From NCBI GenBank assembly GCA_008632985.1, contig QPGO01000304.1, positions 1 to 63,616 of the forward strand: 63,616 nt of DNA, written 5' to 3'. Made by a program: the position numbers and the translations under genes. This stretch comes from Psammoneis japonica. Lineage: Eukaryota. Positions 46,805 through 60,862 of this stretch are shown here, piece by piece (the first letter of the stretch is position 1; each line of letters opens with the position of its first letter). Under the pieces are notes generated by a model. That model was given only the letters and a program-made list of their open reading frames with translations, did no database searches and was not told the origin of the DNA.

Positions 46805-49310
46805 TTTGTCATTGTCATGATGCACTCAGCTCTTGATTCCATTCTGGCTGAGGTGTCTGACTCAGCCAAGTGCAGTCAGGAGATGATGAGAAATCAACAA
46901 CAGCATTTTTCATGGAATCTAGAACAATTGTGCATGCATGAGAAGAATTTTCAAGCTTGCGACAGGCAGCTCCTTGATGTTTTGCCATTCAGGAATTGTG
47001 CTGTGCTTTCAGGGAAGAGTGCAGGTGTGGCATGCACAGAGACCTTTTTTTGTTGTGTTTTTTTGTTGACACCACAAAGTGCAAAGAGGAGAGTGCACAC
47101 AGAGACTGCCCACCCCAAGTCACCAAGAATGTCATGCTGTCCAATGATGTGCAAACACAAAAACAACTGGACAAAATGTCTTGCAAGCAGAGAGATGCAA
47201 TGCATGGCATCTAATGCCCCCATCATGCACTTCACAGATGCAGCCCAGCAGAGCTGGTGAGAACTTGTTGCACATGTGCTGTGGTGAGGATGTGAGCACT
47301 CAGTCATGGAATGACCATTTTCTGCAGTGTCAGGACAGTGCATTGTGAAATCAATTTCCCCTGTCTTGAAATTCAAATTTGAAAAATGGCATGCTGACCC
47401 AAGGTGACAGACAAGCTGTTTGGTGCAGAAAGTCCAGGAGTGACACCCAGCTTGTGCACCCCATTGGACAAACCTTGGTGGAGGACCAAAAAGAGTTCAG
47501 CATGCACCCAGCAACTTCAACTTGGATGCACCAGAATGCGTCATTTGCAAGATGTGCAGTGAGACTTGTCATCTTAACAAGGATTCTTGCCTCTGGATGG
47601 TGGAATGTTGGACAACAAACTTGGCACCAAGGGCTTTGGTGCTGGCCAGCACTCTCCACCATCGCAATGGCACAACATTCCAAGTGGCTCTGTTGGGAAG
47701 TGCTTCATCACAACATTGGCAGAGTTGCTGCACACGGGCTCAAGACATGAAAGCAGAGCTTGGAGCAGGTTCACAGTGTGCCAATCAGTGATTTTGCAGC
47801 AGGGTTGCAATGCAGAAGGAGGCAAGGACATCAGGACCTGGGACATGGACAAACACAAAATTCTGGCCCAGTCAATGATCAGCTGCTTGAGTGCAATCTA
47901 AAGTCTGCTCAGAGGGAGGAGATGTGCCAGAGCAGTGTGTCACAAAACATTCATGGAGTGGCATCATGAGAAAAGCCAAAGGGAGCATCATCACAGGCAC
48001 ATTTCTGAGGAGTGGGAAAAAGGTGGAATGCTTGCCTGGATGATGCTGATGAGAAGACCAAAAAGATGCCATGTTTGAGAACTTGGAGTCAACACCTGGG
48101 CCAGAGAGTTCTGGGAGAAGATCATTTTCACACATTCAGCAAGCCACCTGGGATCCAAGCTGTCATCATTGCTTGCTGATGGCGCCATCAAGACTTTCAC
48201 ATGAAGACTGTCTGCAAGAGCACAAGTCTTGGCAGATCTGATGCCAGTGCAGCATCAGATGGCTTCTCCATTGCAAAAAGGCCAGCAGGTTGCTTGGAGA
48301 AGTGTGGAGCATGTTCACAAATTGGCTGGCAAATGAGTCACTCTCTGTGGGATGCCTGCCATGCACACTCATGGCAAAAAGAAGCAGCTGATTGCACCAG
48401 ACAAACATGCCTCTGGATGCCCATCTGGCTGGCACAGGAGAGGTGCAGCAGAGAGCCACAGCCAAAGCAATTCTTTCAGCAGTTGCCAGAGCAAAAGCCA
48501 AGGTGAGAGTGATCCACTGTCTGTTCAGTGGAACGACCCTCTCCACTGACACCCCAACACACCAGGAAAATCAAAAGCATGGCAAAAACAGGATTGAAGA
48601 TCTTCCAGTGCAGAAGAGAAGTGGTGAGAGTCATGACTGCCAGACAAACAGAGAGACAGCAAAATGGAAACAAAAAATCCCTTGCGGCACCCTGTGCTGA
48701 ACAATGGCTGACTCACAAAACCAGTCAAATCAATCATCAACAACACCAACAGACTGGGAGGTTGCTCAGAGTGTGAGCAGGACAGCAAGCTGGGAGGTCT
48801 GCGGGGTGACACTAGAGTGTGCTGTGAGAAGGCCTTCCTGACCTTGCCCAATCCAAGAAGAAATCAGGTGGGCGACAGGAAGAGCCAAGCTGGCATCTGA
48901 CAACAACTCCAAGCTGTGCAGCCGCCCCCACACAACAATGGGGAGCTTGCAACATTGGCAGGGTTCTTGGCAGACTTGGACTTCTCCCACCAGCTCACAA
49001 GCTGAATGATCATTTTCCACATGCACTCACCCCTTGACATGCTGGTGACTCCACAGCAGTGGGAAAATCTGGGTCTCAGAGATTTTTTCTTGACTCTCAT
49101 CTGAGCTGAAGGCCCCGCCCAAGCATGCATGATGGACACTCCTGTTCTGCCAACAACTCTGAGAATGCCCTGGCAGGCCAGTCCCAGAATGCAACCTGCT
49201 GGAAAATGCCAGGACCTGCTTTGGAGACCACAGTTCATTGGCGAGATGGAAGCACGCAACAGATGGTTGGCAGAGAAAGCTGAGTTGTGGACCTCTGTCA
49301 TGTCATCCAA
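46805..49310. mobile_element. Eroded island 4, right part
   Basis: TpA/CpG-depleted up to a sharp boundary near 49310. Confidence 0.6.
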
Positions 49311-49522
49311 GGCAATTCGTACCGTATCGCATCAAGGTGGCACACAGCAAATGAGCGCGACATAATGCGCATCCCTCCCAACGCAATTCTCACAAAAACC
49401 ACCGCACCACAAAAACAAAAATGACGATGGTGAGTTCCTGAACAGCTCCGACACGATTTCCATGCCAGTGCTAGAGGATTGGCACCCTGTGATCGTCTTT
49501 GTTTGATAGGATTCTTCACAAG

Positions 49523-51025
49523 ATGAACTGTCAGGTGACGGAGTCGTCATCAAATTTCGGTAGCAGAAGCTCAAGAAAATCCTCACAACGGGTTGCTCTC
49601 TTGCATTCCGACGAGTACACCAAAGTCTTGCACAGTGCCATGCAGTATATTCATCAAGACCGCGACTTATTGTTAGCTAGATTACTGGATTATTGCGGGT
49701 TTCTTCATGAAACACCCAAATTCCTCAAGGTTGTAAAGCCCAAAAAAGCAACGAGACAACATCTCGAGAGATTTCATCACGAGCATTATCTGAATGTTCT
49801 GGAACCACTCAAACTAGAAGTAGTGTCCAGTTCCTTTTCACCGAGTTGTTGCCTCGCTGGGTCTTACTGAGGATTGTGTTTTGCCCACGAGCGTACAGGA
49901 ACGCAAGACTCTATGGGAGTATTGTCGACACGTAGTTGGTGCATCCCTACAGGCGGTCGACTTGCTGGCAACCAATCAGGCTAATGTCGCAATCAATTGG
50001 GGTGGGGGTCGTCACCACGCCCATGCGGATCAGGCGGGTGGGTTTTGCTTCGTCAATGACGTGGTCTTGGCCATTCGACGATTGCAAAAGACTTTTCAGA
50101 GAGTCCTTTACATGGATATTGATATTCATCACTGCGACGGAGTCCAACGTGCCTTTTATGATACGGATCGAGTATTGACCGTATCGTTTCATCGACATGC
50201 ACCAGGTTTCTTTCCGTCAACATCGGGGTCTGTGAAAGAAAAGGGCCGACATGGCACACCGGGAGTAGGGCACAATCTCAACATTCCACTAGCGAAATCG
50301 ACAAGAGACTTGGACTTTTGTCATTTGTTTCGATACACTCTGGAGAGTCTACGCAGTTCGTACTGTCCTGATGTGCTGGTCCTCACCGTGGGCGCTGATG
50401 GACTGAAATCTGATCCTCTTGTTGGAGAACAGACGGTTGGAGCCTCACCCCCGAGGGACTTGCCGAATGCGTCCGTGTTGCCAGCGAGTTTTGCTCTGTA
50501 CTTCTCAAAGAGAAAAAAGTTGCCGATACGATGAAGAACGGAGTCCATATTGTGAACGATGATAAATTGAGTGATGCTGACATTGTTGGTGATTGTAAGC
50601 TTTTAATTCTTGGAGGTGGAGGCTACAATCCGGTGCAGACTGCTCGCACGTTTCTGCTTGCCACTGCAGCAGCCTGCGAAGCAGCACGACCAGGAATGAT
50701 GTGGAAGGAGTTACCAGACGACATTCCTCGCCACGACTACTTTCCCCGATATGGTCCAGAATTTATTTTAATCCATCGAGAATCACCCTTGGCAAATTCT
50801 GAGTATGCTGCTGTTGATGCGGATTTCATTTCGGAAGCCAAAAAGCATGTGGATTTCTCAACCGCGTATCTACGAGCACAACGAAAGAAGTTGATTTCTG
50901 CACCTACGTTTAGTTTCATGGACGAGCGTGACCCAGTCGTCGGAATGCCAGGCAAATCTACGGGGAAGAAGCGAGCTCGAAGAAAGAAGAGGCCGCTCGT
51001 GTCGTCGGCTGGCAACGAAGAATAA
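49523..51025 (+). CDS. Class I histone deacetylase (HDAC8-like), second copy; 1-bp deletions at about 49842, 49851 and 50430 (errors or pseudogenisation)
   Basis: GGGRHHAH, DIDIHHCDGV, GADGLKSDP, LGGGGYN, PRHDYFPRYGP. Confidence 0.85.
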
Positions 51026-51377
51026 GCTCCATACAAACACTACTACAGTCAGTTCGTAATCTCTGCTGCTTGGGCATCGCCCGAGCAAATAGCTAGGGAA
51101 AAGTAATGAATACTGTAGGTAGCAGGCCTTTGAGGAGCTCACACCAATTTGTCGATATGTCTAGAGTCGGCATTAAGTATGTCCTGTACCAACTTCTTGT
51201 GGAACGATAATTAAGTTTCTTCTGAGCTGGTTCGAGTTCGCCCTCTGGCGGTGACGGACTCGAGCGAATGATCTTGTTAGAACTACCGGTAGTATACGTA
51301 CCATATCATCTCAATGTTGTGGTGGATGAGGGTCTTAGCGGTGCATAAAAAAAAAAACTTTGGCAAACTAGGAGATA

Positions 51378-52761
51378 TTAGGTCTGTTCAATATCCATTT
51401 CTTTCGTTTCATCATCCGCCGCCTTAGTATCTTCGGCAACGCGTTTTCCCGATTCTGTGTCCCGTTTTCGTTCTAGCTGTTGGTCATACTCCTCTTGTGC
51501 TGCAAGGGCGGCATTTCTCACCAGTTCGTAACGGTTGACTACACCCAGAGCCGCCGCCGAGGCTTGAGAATTACCAGCCACAACGTTAGCAGTCGATGCA
51601 GGCCTCGATTGCAAGAAGAACCCTGGATCCAAGCCAGCCGCGGCACGAGCTTGGTGTGCAATCAAAATATCTTTGGACGACAGCGCTCCATCGACGCGCC
51701 GCCGTTACCAATCGCTGTGCATATGCTTTCGCCAGTGTTGATACAACAACAGTGATCTCTTCAGATTCACCAGGCGCAACCATATCTTCAAGGGAGCGCT
51801 TTGATCGACCACCGTTTCGTCGTCCATTCTCACTATTAGATACTGAAGTAGAACCACTGTTGTGCCCATTGCTTCCAGTCCCATCGCGGATATATGGACA
51901 TCGCCGTGGCAAAGCGTTATTGGCATTCTGGGCTTCACCGCCAATTCCCAAGGTAGAGGAGCCCAGGAGCTGCCGAGTCTTTTCTCCACGAGCATAAGCT
52001 CTTTCATGCGATGCAGCAAGGCAGTGCACAACATAAGATGATATAGCGTCGCCGCGAAAGGTGGACCGTTTGAAAGCTTCAAAACGAACCCGTTCCATGC
52101 GATTGAACGTACTCAGCACCTGAGCCATTGCTTGGCCGTCGGCTGTTGCCATGCTGAATACCGACACAAGGTGTAGAGAGGAGATGAAGCATCAGTACCA
52201 CCAAAAAATAAAGGTTTAGGCAAGGCGTGTTATTCCCTCTTGATACTTACGATACTCTTGAAGACGAGGACGTTTTCTCTTCGTTGCTGTTCTTGTTTGT
52301 CTTCGCAGATTTCGACTTTTTCTGCTTCTTTTTTGTTTTTGTGGGCTTGGTAGGCTTAGCTCCCTTTTCCTCCGGTTCTAGAGATTGAAGTGACAGATGT
52401 AAAAGACGTAAGAGGAACTGAGGCGACGTGTAAGCACATTCAACAACGTTGGAAGTTGGAAAATACCTGCTTACCAACTGTCGTGGCCGCCTCTGACCTT
52501 GGCCGTTTGATTGAGCGATGATCCATCTTGAGGCTTCCAACAAAATGCTCGTCTAATGTATTCCTTTCAACTCACACTTTACAGTTGTTGTAGGGTAGAG
52601 TACCGTAGCCTCTAGCCAGAAACAGCTCCAACAAGCATGCAAGCAGCAGCAATAAGAGCAGCAACGACCTCCGCTCCGCAACGACCAAAAAAGGAGTCGG
52701 CGAGTTCGTGAGCTCTCCAGTCGGCGAGGTCCGGTCCGGTCCTCGAGCTATACTCTCCATC
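51378..52761 (-). CDS. TAF11: TFIID subunit TAF11-like (5' exons and start uncertain; one apparent frameshift at about 51690)
   Basis: QVLSTFNRMERVRFEAFKRSTF...ITVVVSTLAKAYAQRLVTAAR histone-fold motif. Confidence 0.7.
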
Positions 52762-53136
52762 GTTTTGATTTGAATTTTTATGGACACCTGTGGACAAACG
52801 GGACACTGCGTAGCCAGGGTGTATTTTAGTACTTAGTGATTCGTGGACAAGCGTGCCAAGGCGTGCCAATGTGTGCCAAGTGACNTCACGAACGATGGGG
52901 AGTGATGAGTCACGCGAAAATTCGCGCGAAAAAGGTTCTGAGCCGCATTCGAAACCTAGCCCGCACGGATGTTCGTGCGTCGGCCGGCTGTCGGCTGTCG
53001 TTTCCTGCAATTGCAAGTTCCGAAAAAACGGCGAGTTGTTGTTGCTATTGTTGTTGTTGTTGGCCCCATCAGTTTCTCCGTATTACAGTATAGACTAGAG
53101 CACATATGTGGTCATGATCTGAGCCTGGTATAAATC

Positions 53137-54774
53137 ATGGAAGAGCTTCAGCCAATCCTCTTGTCTACGGCGTTGTTTCTAGCCACGTCCCTCTATTTTG
53201 TTCGGATAAAAAGGTTAGATGCCGATCGTGACAAGTACGGGACCAATTATGCGACGCCGAATTGGAAAAAGAAGAGAGAAACCTTGTCGCCGTTAAAGCG
53301 ACTTAGCAAAGAAAACGTGTCTGCCCTTCGATCCAGGTACTTTTCGAAGGCTGTGAGTGTGTCCTACTCAAATTCAGGCGCGCTGATGATTGTTAAGGTA
53401 CTTCTATGTACAGTAGCTGTGTCATGATATCGCAAAGACTTTGCGAGGATTAAAGTGTCAGTTCACTTTTCTATTCGTCCAGGGTAAAGGCTCTATGCTT
53501 ATGGATGATTCAGGACGATGGTATCTTGACACAAGAAATAACGTGGCTCATGTTGGTCACTGCAATGAAAACGTAGTCCGAGCTGTGCAGGAGCAGGTTG
53601 CAACACTAAACACAAATACTCGATATCTGCACGCCAACGCAAGTGTATTGGCAGAGAGGCTCATCCAGAAACTTGTGAAACCATTGGAAGTTGTTTTCTT
53701 TGTCAATTCTGGGAGCGAAGCGAACGACTTGGCGTTACGATTGGCACGAGCATTCACGAAATCCAAGAATAACATTGTGGTGGACGGCGGTTATCATGGC
53801 CATACATTGTCGTGCCTCGAGGTCAGTCCTTACAAGTATGAGCACTCAAAAGAATTCGATTTAGGTGGTAGCTTTCGTAGACCTGGAGAGCATCATGTTT
53901 CAAGCTACCGTGTCCCGACATTTACCGTGGACCCCATCGAGATGCGACATCAGCTGGTGCTGACTATGCTGATTATGTAAAGGATGGATGCCAGTACTAC
54001 AGACAGAAGCAGGATAAAGTCGGTGCATTTATTGTTGAGGGTGGCATGAGTGTCGGCGGAGTCATTCTTCCGCCAACAGGATATCTGGAGGCGAGTGTTG
54101 GAGCTGTACGTGAGGCGGGAGGAGCTTATATTGCTGATGAAGTGCAAACAGGGTTTGGGCGGCTAGGCGGATGTTATTGGGCATTTCAGCATTCCTTCGA
54201 TAAGAGCACAGAGTCTTCTGTAGTACCTGACATTGTAACTGTAGGCAAGCCTTTCGGAAACGGAATGCCATTGGCGGCGGTTATCACAACANAAATATCC
54301 GATGCTTTTGAATCCATGGGCGTAGAATACTTCAATACCTTTGGTGGAAATCCCGTTTGTTCAGCTGCAGGTCTTGCCATGCTTGATGCCATGGATTCAG
54401 AGAATCTCCAGCAGAATGCGGCCAAGGTAGGGAAGTACTTCAAGAGTCAGTTTCTCATTCTTAGGGCCACTACATTGGATATCATTGGCGACGTCAGAGG
54501 GTCGGGACTGTTCCTTGGTATTGAACTCGTTCGGAATAAAATGACACTTGAACCCGCCACAATTGAGACTTCCTTCCTTTGCACTGTCCTAAAGGAGAAA
54601 TACGCAATTCTAACAAGCATCGATGGACCATGCAATAATGTGCTGGTTGTTAAACCGCCATTGGTGTTTAGTATGGATGACGCTGATTTCTTCATCGAAA
54701 GCTTTGAGAAGGCCGTTCTTAATGACTTGGCAAAGGTGAAAGACATACAGTCGTTATCCATGACGCCTACCTGA
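53137..54774 (+). CDS. Class III PLP aminotransferase, ETNPPL/PHYKPL (AGXT2L)-like
   Basis: YLDTRNNVAHVGH, LNTNTRYLH, VNSGSEANDLALRLAR, IADEVQTGFGR, VTVGKPFGNG, YFNTFGGNP. Intron at about 53398-53482. Confidence 0.9.
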
Positions 54775-54922
54775 AGCAGCGCAGTACAATAATGCTTTGA
54801 CAAATTTTTGAAAAACTTTATGACAGACTTATCGATTGTTTAGCTTTGTAGCAAAAGGAAATGCTCTGTAGAAAGATGTGATTTATTTCTCACTGGGCAA
54901 TATTAGAGGGTGCTGCGCATGC

Positions 54923-55837
54923 TCAGGCTTCCTTGACCGAGATACCATCCGATCCAGCAATGATGACAGCTGTTGTCATATCACAGAAGAGACCATGCTC
55001 TACAACTCCAACGACATTCTTGAGCTCCTGGCCCATTGTAGGGGCATCTTTAATTGGCTCCTCAAAGTGGAGATCAACAATGTAGTTGCCATTGTCGGTA
55101 ACAGCCGGTTCGTCACCATCGATTTCGTTGTTGGAGGAGGATCCAAGACGCAAAACAGGCTTGCACTTTCCTTTGCACGAGGGCAAATCGCCAATTGTGC
55201 GCATGGTATGTTCGTGGCAGAAGGGAACAATCTCAACAGGGATAGGGAATCCAGGTCCAAGACCATCGCATATCTTGGATTCGTCCACTAACGAAAACGG
55301 AAACACCAATTTAGGTTTGATACAATACCAGCAAGAGACAACAGGCCAGGTCGGTAGTTTACTTCTCAACCACTTACCAATAACGATGAACTTGTCAGAG
55401 CAGACCTCCACAATCTTTTCCCTGAACAAAGCTCCGCCGCCTCCCTTGGTAAGGTTGAGATCAGGATCGACTTCGTCGGCACCGTCTATCGCAACGTCCA
55501 GCTTGGAATGGGTGTCGAGTGTCACCAAGGGAATGTCAAGGCTCTCAGCTTGCTCTTTTGTACGAATCGAGGTAGGAATGGCAAGGATGTCTTTGAGTTC
55601 GCCAGACTTGAGCAATTCGCCAACGCGCTCGACAGCATAGTAGGCAGTGGATCCCGTTCCGAGTCCAACCACCATGCCGCTCTTAACGTAATCATCAACG
55701 GCCTTGTATCCGACCATCTTTTTCAATTCGTCCTGGCTCAACGCCATGGAAAGCGAAGTGCTCTTTCGGGAAACAAAAGCAGGGCTGCTGAACGCAGCAG
55801 CCGAAGCCATAAGAGTAGCAGCGATAGTGAGACGCAT
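54923..55837 (-). CDS. RPIA: Ribose-5-phosphate isomerase A, plastid-targeted (intron 55288-55377)
   Basis: GLGTGST, DGADEVD, KGGGGAL, TDNGNY, GVVEHGLF. Presequence AAA|FSSPAF. Confidence 0.95.
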   Translation of the reverse strand: MRLTIAATLMASAAAFSSPAFVSRKSTSLSMALSQDELKKMVGYKAVDDYVKSGMVVGLGTGSTAYYAVERVGELLKSGELKDILAIPTSIRTKEQAESLDIPLVTLDTHSKLDVAIDGADEVDPDLNLTKGGGGALFREKIVEVCSDKFIVIGKWLRSKLPTWPVVSCWYCIKPKLVFPFSLVDESKICDGLGPGFPIPVEIVPFCHEHTMRTIGDLPSCKGKCKPVLRLGSSSNNEIDGDEPAVTDNGNYIVDLHFEEPIKDAPTMGQELKNVVGVVEHGLFCDMTTAVIIAGSDGISVKEA

Positions 55838-56201
55838 GGTTGTGATGTTAGTAACACTCAATCAAGAGAGAAAAAATGATACGACGCAACCGACGGCATT
55901 GTGTCCGTCTGTTTCTTCCGCTTGGCGGCTGACGTACGCGCGCAAAATTTTGAAAGATATTTGAACGTCATGATGATGTCACGATGCGACGACCCACGCA
56001 TTTTTTCGAAAAAGCTTCCCGCGCCACATCCTGCCACCCGCCACCCGCATTCATCACACGATCGACATCGCCCATCACAAAACTCGTGGTTCACGTTACA
56101 GCCGTCACTTCCTCCTTCCGTTTTTCCATTGTCAGTCCCTACATTGTGTCTGCTGATAAATGATCAGACCCTTCGTTACTACGTCAAAAAGAGTAAGACC
56201 A

Positions 56202-57014
56202 ATGTCGTCACAAGAAGAATTGAAAAAGCTCGCGGGTTACAAAGCTGTTGACGACTACGTCAAGAGCGGCATGGTGTTGGGGCTGGGAACAGGGTCGACC
56301 GCCAAGTATGCGGTAGAACGAGTTGGTGAAAAGCTCGAGTCTGGTGAACTGCAAGATATTATTGCTATTCCGACATCTGTCCGTACAAGAAAACAAGCTG
56401 AAGGTCTCGGTATCCCGTTGACAACTCTCAACGAACATGGTGAATTGGACGTGGCAATTGACGGAGCCGACAATGTCGACCCAAAGCTGAATCTGGTAAA
56501 GGGTGGAGGAGGAGCGCTGTTTCGAGAAAAAATTGTGGAAAATCGGGCAAAGAAATTTGTTGTGATTGGTGAGTGCACGACATGACTTGATTTGCCAACC
56601 AGTGCGTGTCATTTTTGGCTAGGCGTTCTGATCTCCTTTGTTTATGTTGCAGTGGACGAATCCAAACTCTGTGACGGGCTAGGACCTGGATTCCCAGTTC
56701 CAGTAGAAATTGTTCCATTTTGTCATGAGCACACAATTCGTATGATTTCGAATCTAGATTCGTGTAAAGGCTGCAAACCGCAACTTCGAATGGGTTCCTC
56801 CTCCAACAATAGGGTGGACGGTGACAAGATTGCCGTTACAGACAACGGCAACTACATTGTGGATTTGCACTTTGAAAAGACCATTCAAGACGTTTCTATA
56901 ATGGCCAACGAGCTCATTAACGTTGTTGGAGTTGTAGAACACGGACTGTTTTGTAACATGGCGTCTGTTGCGATTGTTGCTGCCCGAGACGGGATAAGAA
57001 CTTTGAATCCATAA
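56202..57014 (+). CDS. RPIA: Ribose-5-phosphate isomerase A, second isoform (intron 56569-56652; alternative upstream ATG at 56160)
   Basis: GLGTGST, DGADNVD, KGGGGAL, TDNGNY, GVVEHGLF. No plastid presequence. Confidence 0.95.
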
Positions 57015-57087
57015 TGGGGTTATGTTATTAAAGTAGAAACACGGGAGCTATTGTGCTTTTCTGAACGGCAGCTTCCGTACTGTATTG

Positions 57088-57928
57088 TTAGAGCCTGGAA
57101 GATGGCTGAGTTTTGGGTAGCTTCCGAAATGTATCACGATTGAAGCGATGAACTTTTTGCATCCCCCGTATCCACGCCTCGTAATCCTTTCCTTTGAATT
57201 TAAAATGCTTGCCTGTATCTTCGTGTGGAAGAATCATGAATTGCCCTCGAGTCACGGCGTCCACGGTAATCTGTGCGACTTGTTGCGGTTTAAGAATCTT
57301 TCCTCCCCACACTGGAGTTGGATCGATCCCAAACAGCATGTTTGTTTGAACCGCCTGAGGACACAGACAGGACACTTGAATACCCTGATCTGCATAAGAC
57401 ATTTGAAGCCATTCAGCTACTGCTACGGCAGCATGCTTGGTAACGGAATAAGGCAGATTCCCAGCAAGTGTCAAGAGACCTGCAGCCGATGCCGTCACAA
57501 CGAGGGTTCCCGAACCGCGCTGTACATACTTGGGAAACAAGTGGCGTGCCACATGAACTGACTGCATCACATTAACTTTCCATAATTTATCCCACTCCTC
57601 GTCTGTTACATCAATATCTCCGCTCAACACGTTTGAACCGACAAATCCTGCAATGCCGGCGTTCGCAAAAAAGGCATCAATGTTTCCACACTTGTGTTCC
57701 GTTTCGAGAATAATNTACGTCGAATATCAGCTTCGACACACAGTCAGCCGTCACGGCGACACCCACACCTCTTGGTAGTTCGCTTGCGACAGTTTCAGCT
57801 ACATTGTGAAGATCCACCACAACTACATGTTTCGCACCCGCCTGAGCTAAGCAATGGCAAAGTGCTCTGCCAATTCCTGAAGCACCACCCGTCACGACGC
57901 AAACAGAATCTTTGCAGTGAAATGGCAT
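57088..57928 (-). CDS. Short-chain dehydrogenase/reductase (frame disrupted near the N at 57715)
   Basis: VVTGGASGIG, FFANAG, YSVTK, CPQAVQT. Confidence 0.88.
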
Positions 57929-58385
57929 ATTGAACGACCAGTATTGTTATGTTGTACGGAGTATAATTTTATGCAGGCGTCACCTTTCACCTTTTAGCCA
58001 GCATCAGCCCTGCCGTTCGATCTGGATCGTCAATCGTCATGGTCGGTCGCGAGTGGCGATCTTTGATCTTCTGTGGTTCGGGCGCGACGGAAACCACAGG
58101 AAGATTTCAAGCAGACAAACAAGCAGCGGAACTTCTCATTCGAGTTCGCTTCGAGCTATTTTTCTACGTAGAACTTCGTACTTATTTCCCGTAGATCACT
58201 CGCCAACCGCCCTCGCTCTTCTTGAACCTTGAACAGCGGCACAAAGACACCGATTCAATCAGAACCTTGTTGTTGCACCACCTGCCCCCGCATAGCAGTC
58301 GTTAGGGCCCTACTGTCACATAAGCTTTGCTAAGACGAGTGTTCTGACGAAATTCGTGAAAAGGCTCTTTGTTTGTCCCTTCAAA

Positions 58386-60444
<2,059 letters not shown>

Positions 60445-60862
60445 ACAACGCGAAATCCGGAGTTTGTTGAAGAAGTGCTAGGGCCCCTCAAATGTTGATA
60501 TGTGTGTGTTGGTGTAGTTTTTCCTACGCGTCTGCTTTGTAGTTCTGCACCAGAGAGATTGGGTAGGGCTTGTTACACAATAGATTTAGGTTTCCTAGCC
60601 CTACATCTTAGTGAATACTTTTAGTTGGGGAAGGGGCGGGCAGGCATTTTACAGCGATATTCCGTTCGACTCGCTCGTTTTCATGACCAGAGGTCGTCGA
60701 GCTTCGTCGCCTTTCGACGGCCAGTTCGCCTAGCTGTTTGCCAGCAGCATTGTTGACAGGTGGCCATAGTTTAAAGACTGATGCAACTATTGAACTGTAA
60801 CACACAACGTAGATCATCAAAGCTTCGTCAACAACGTCCAACGTCTTCGCTTGCCGAGGTAA

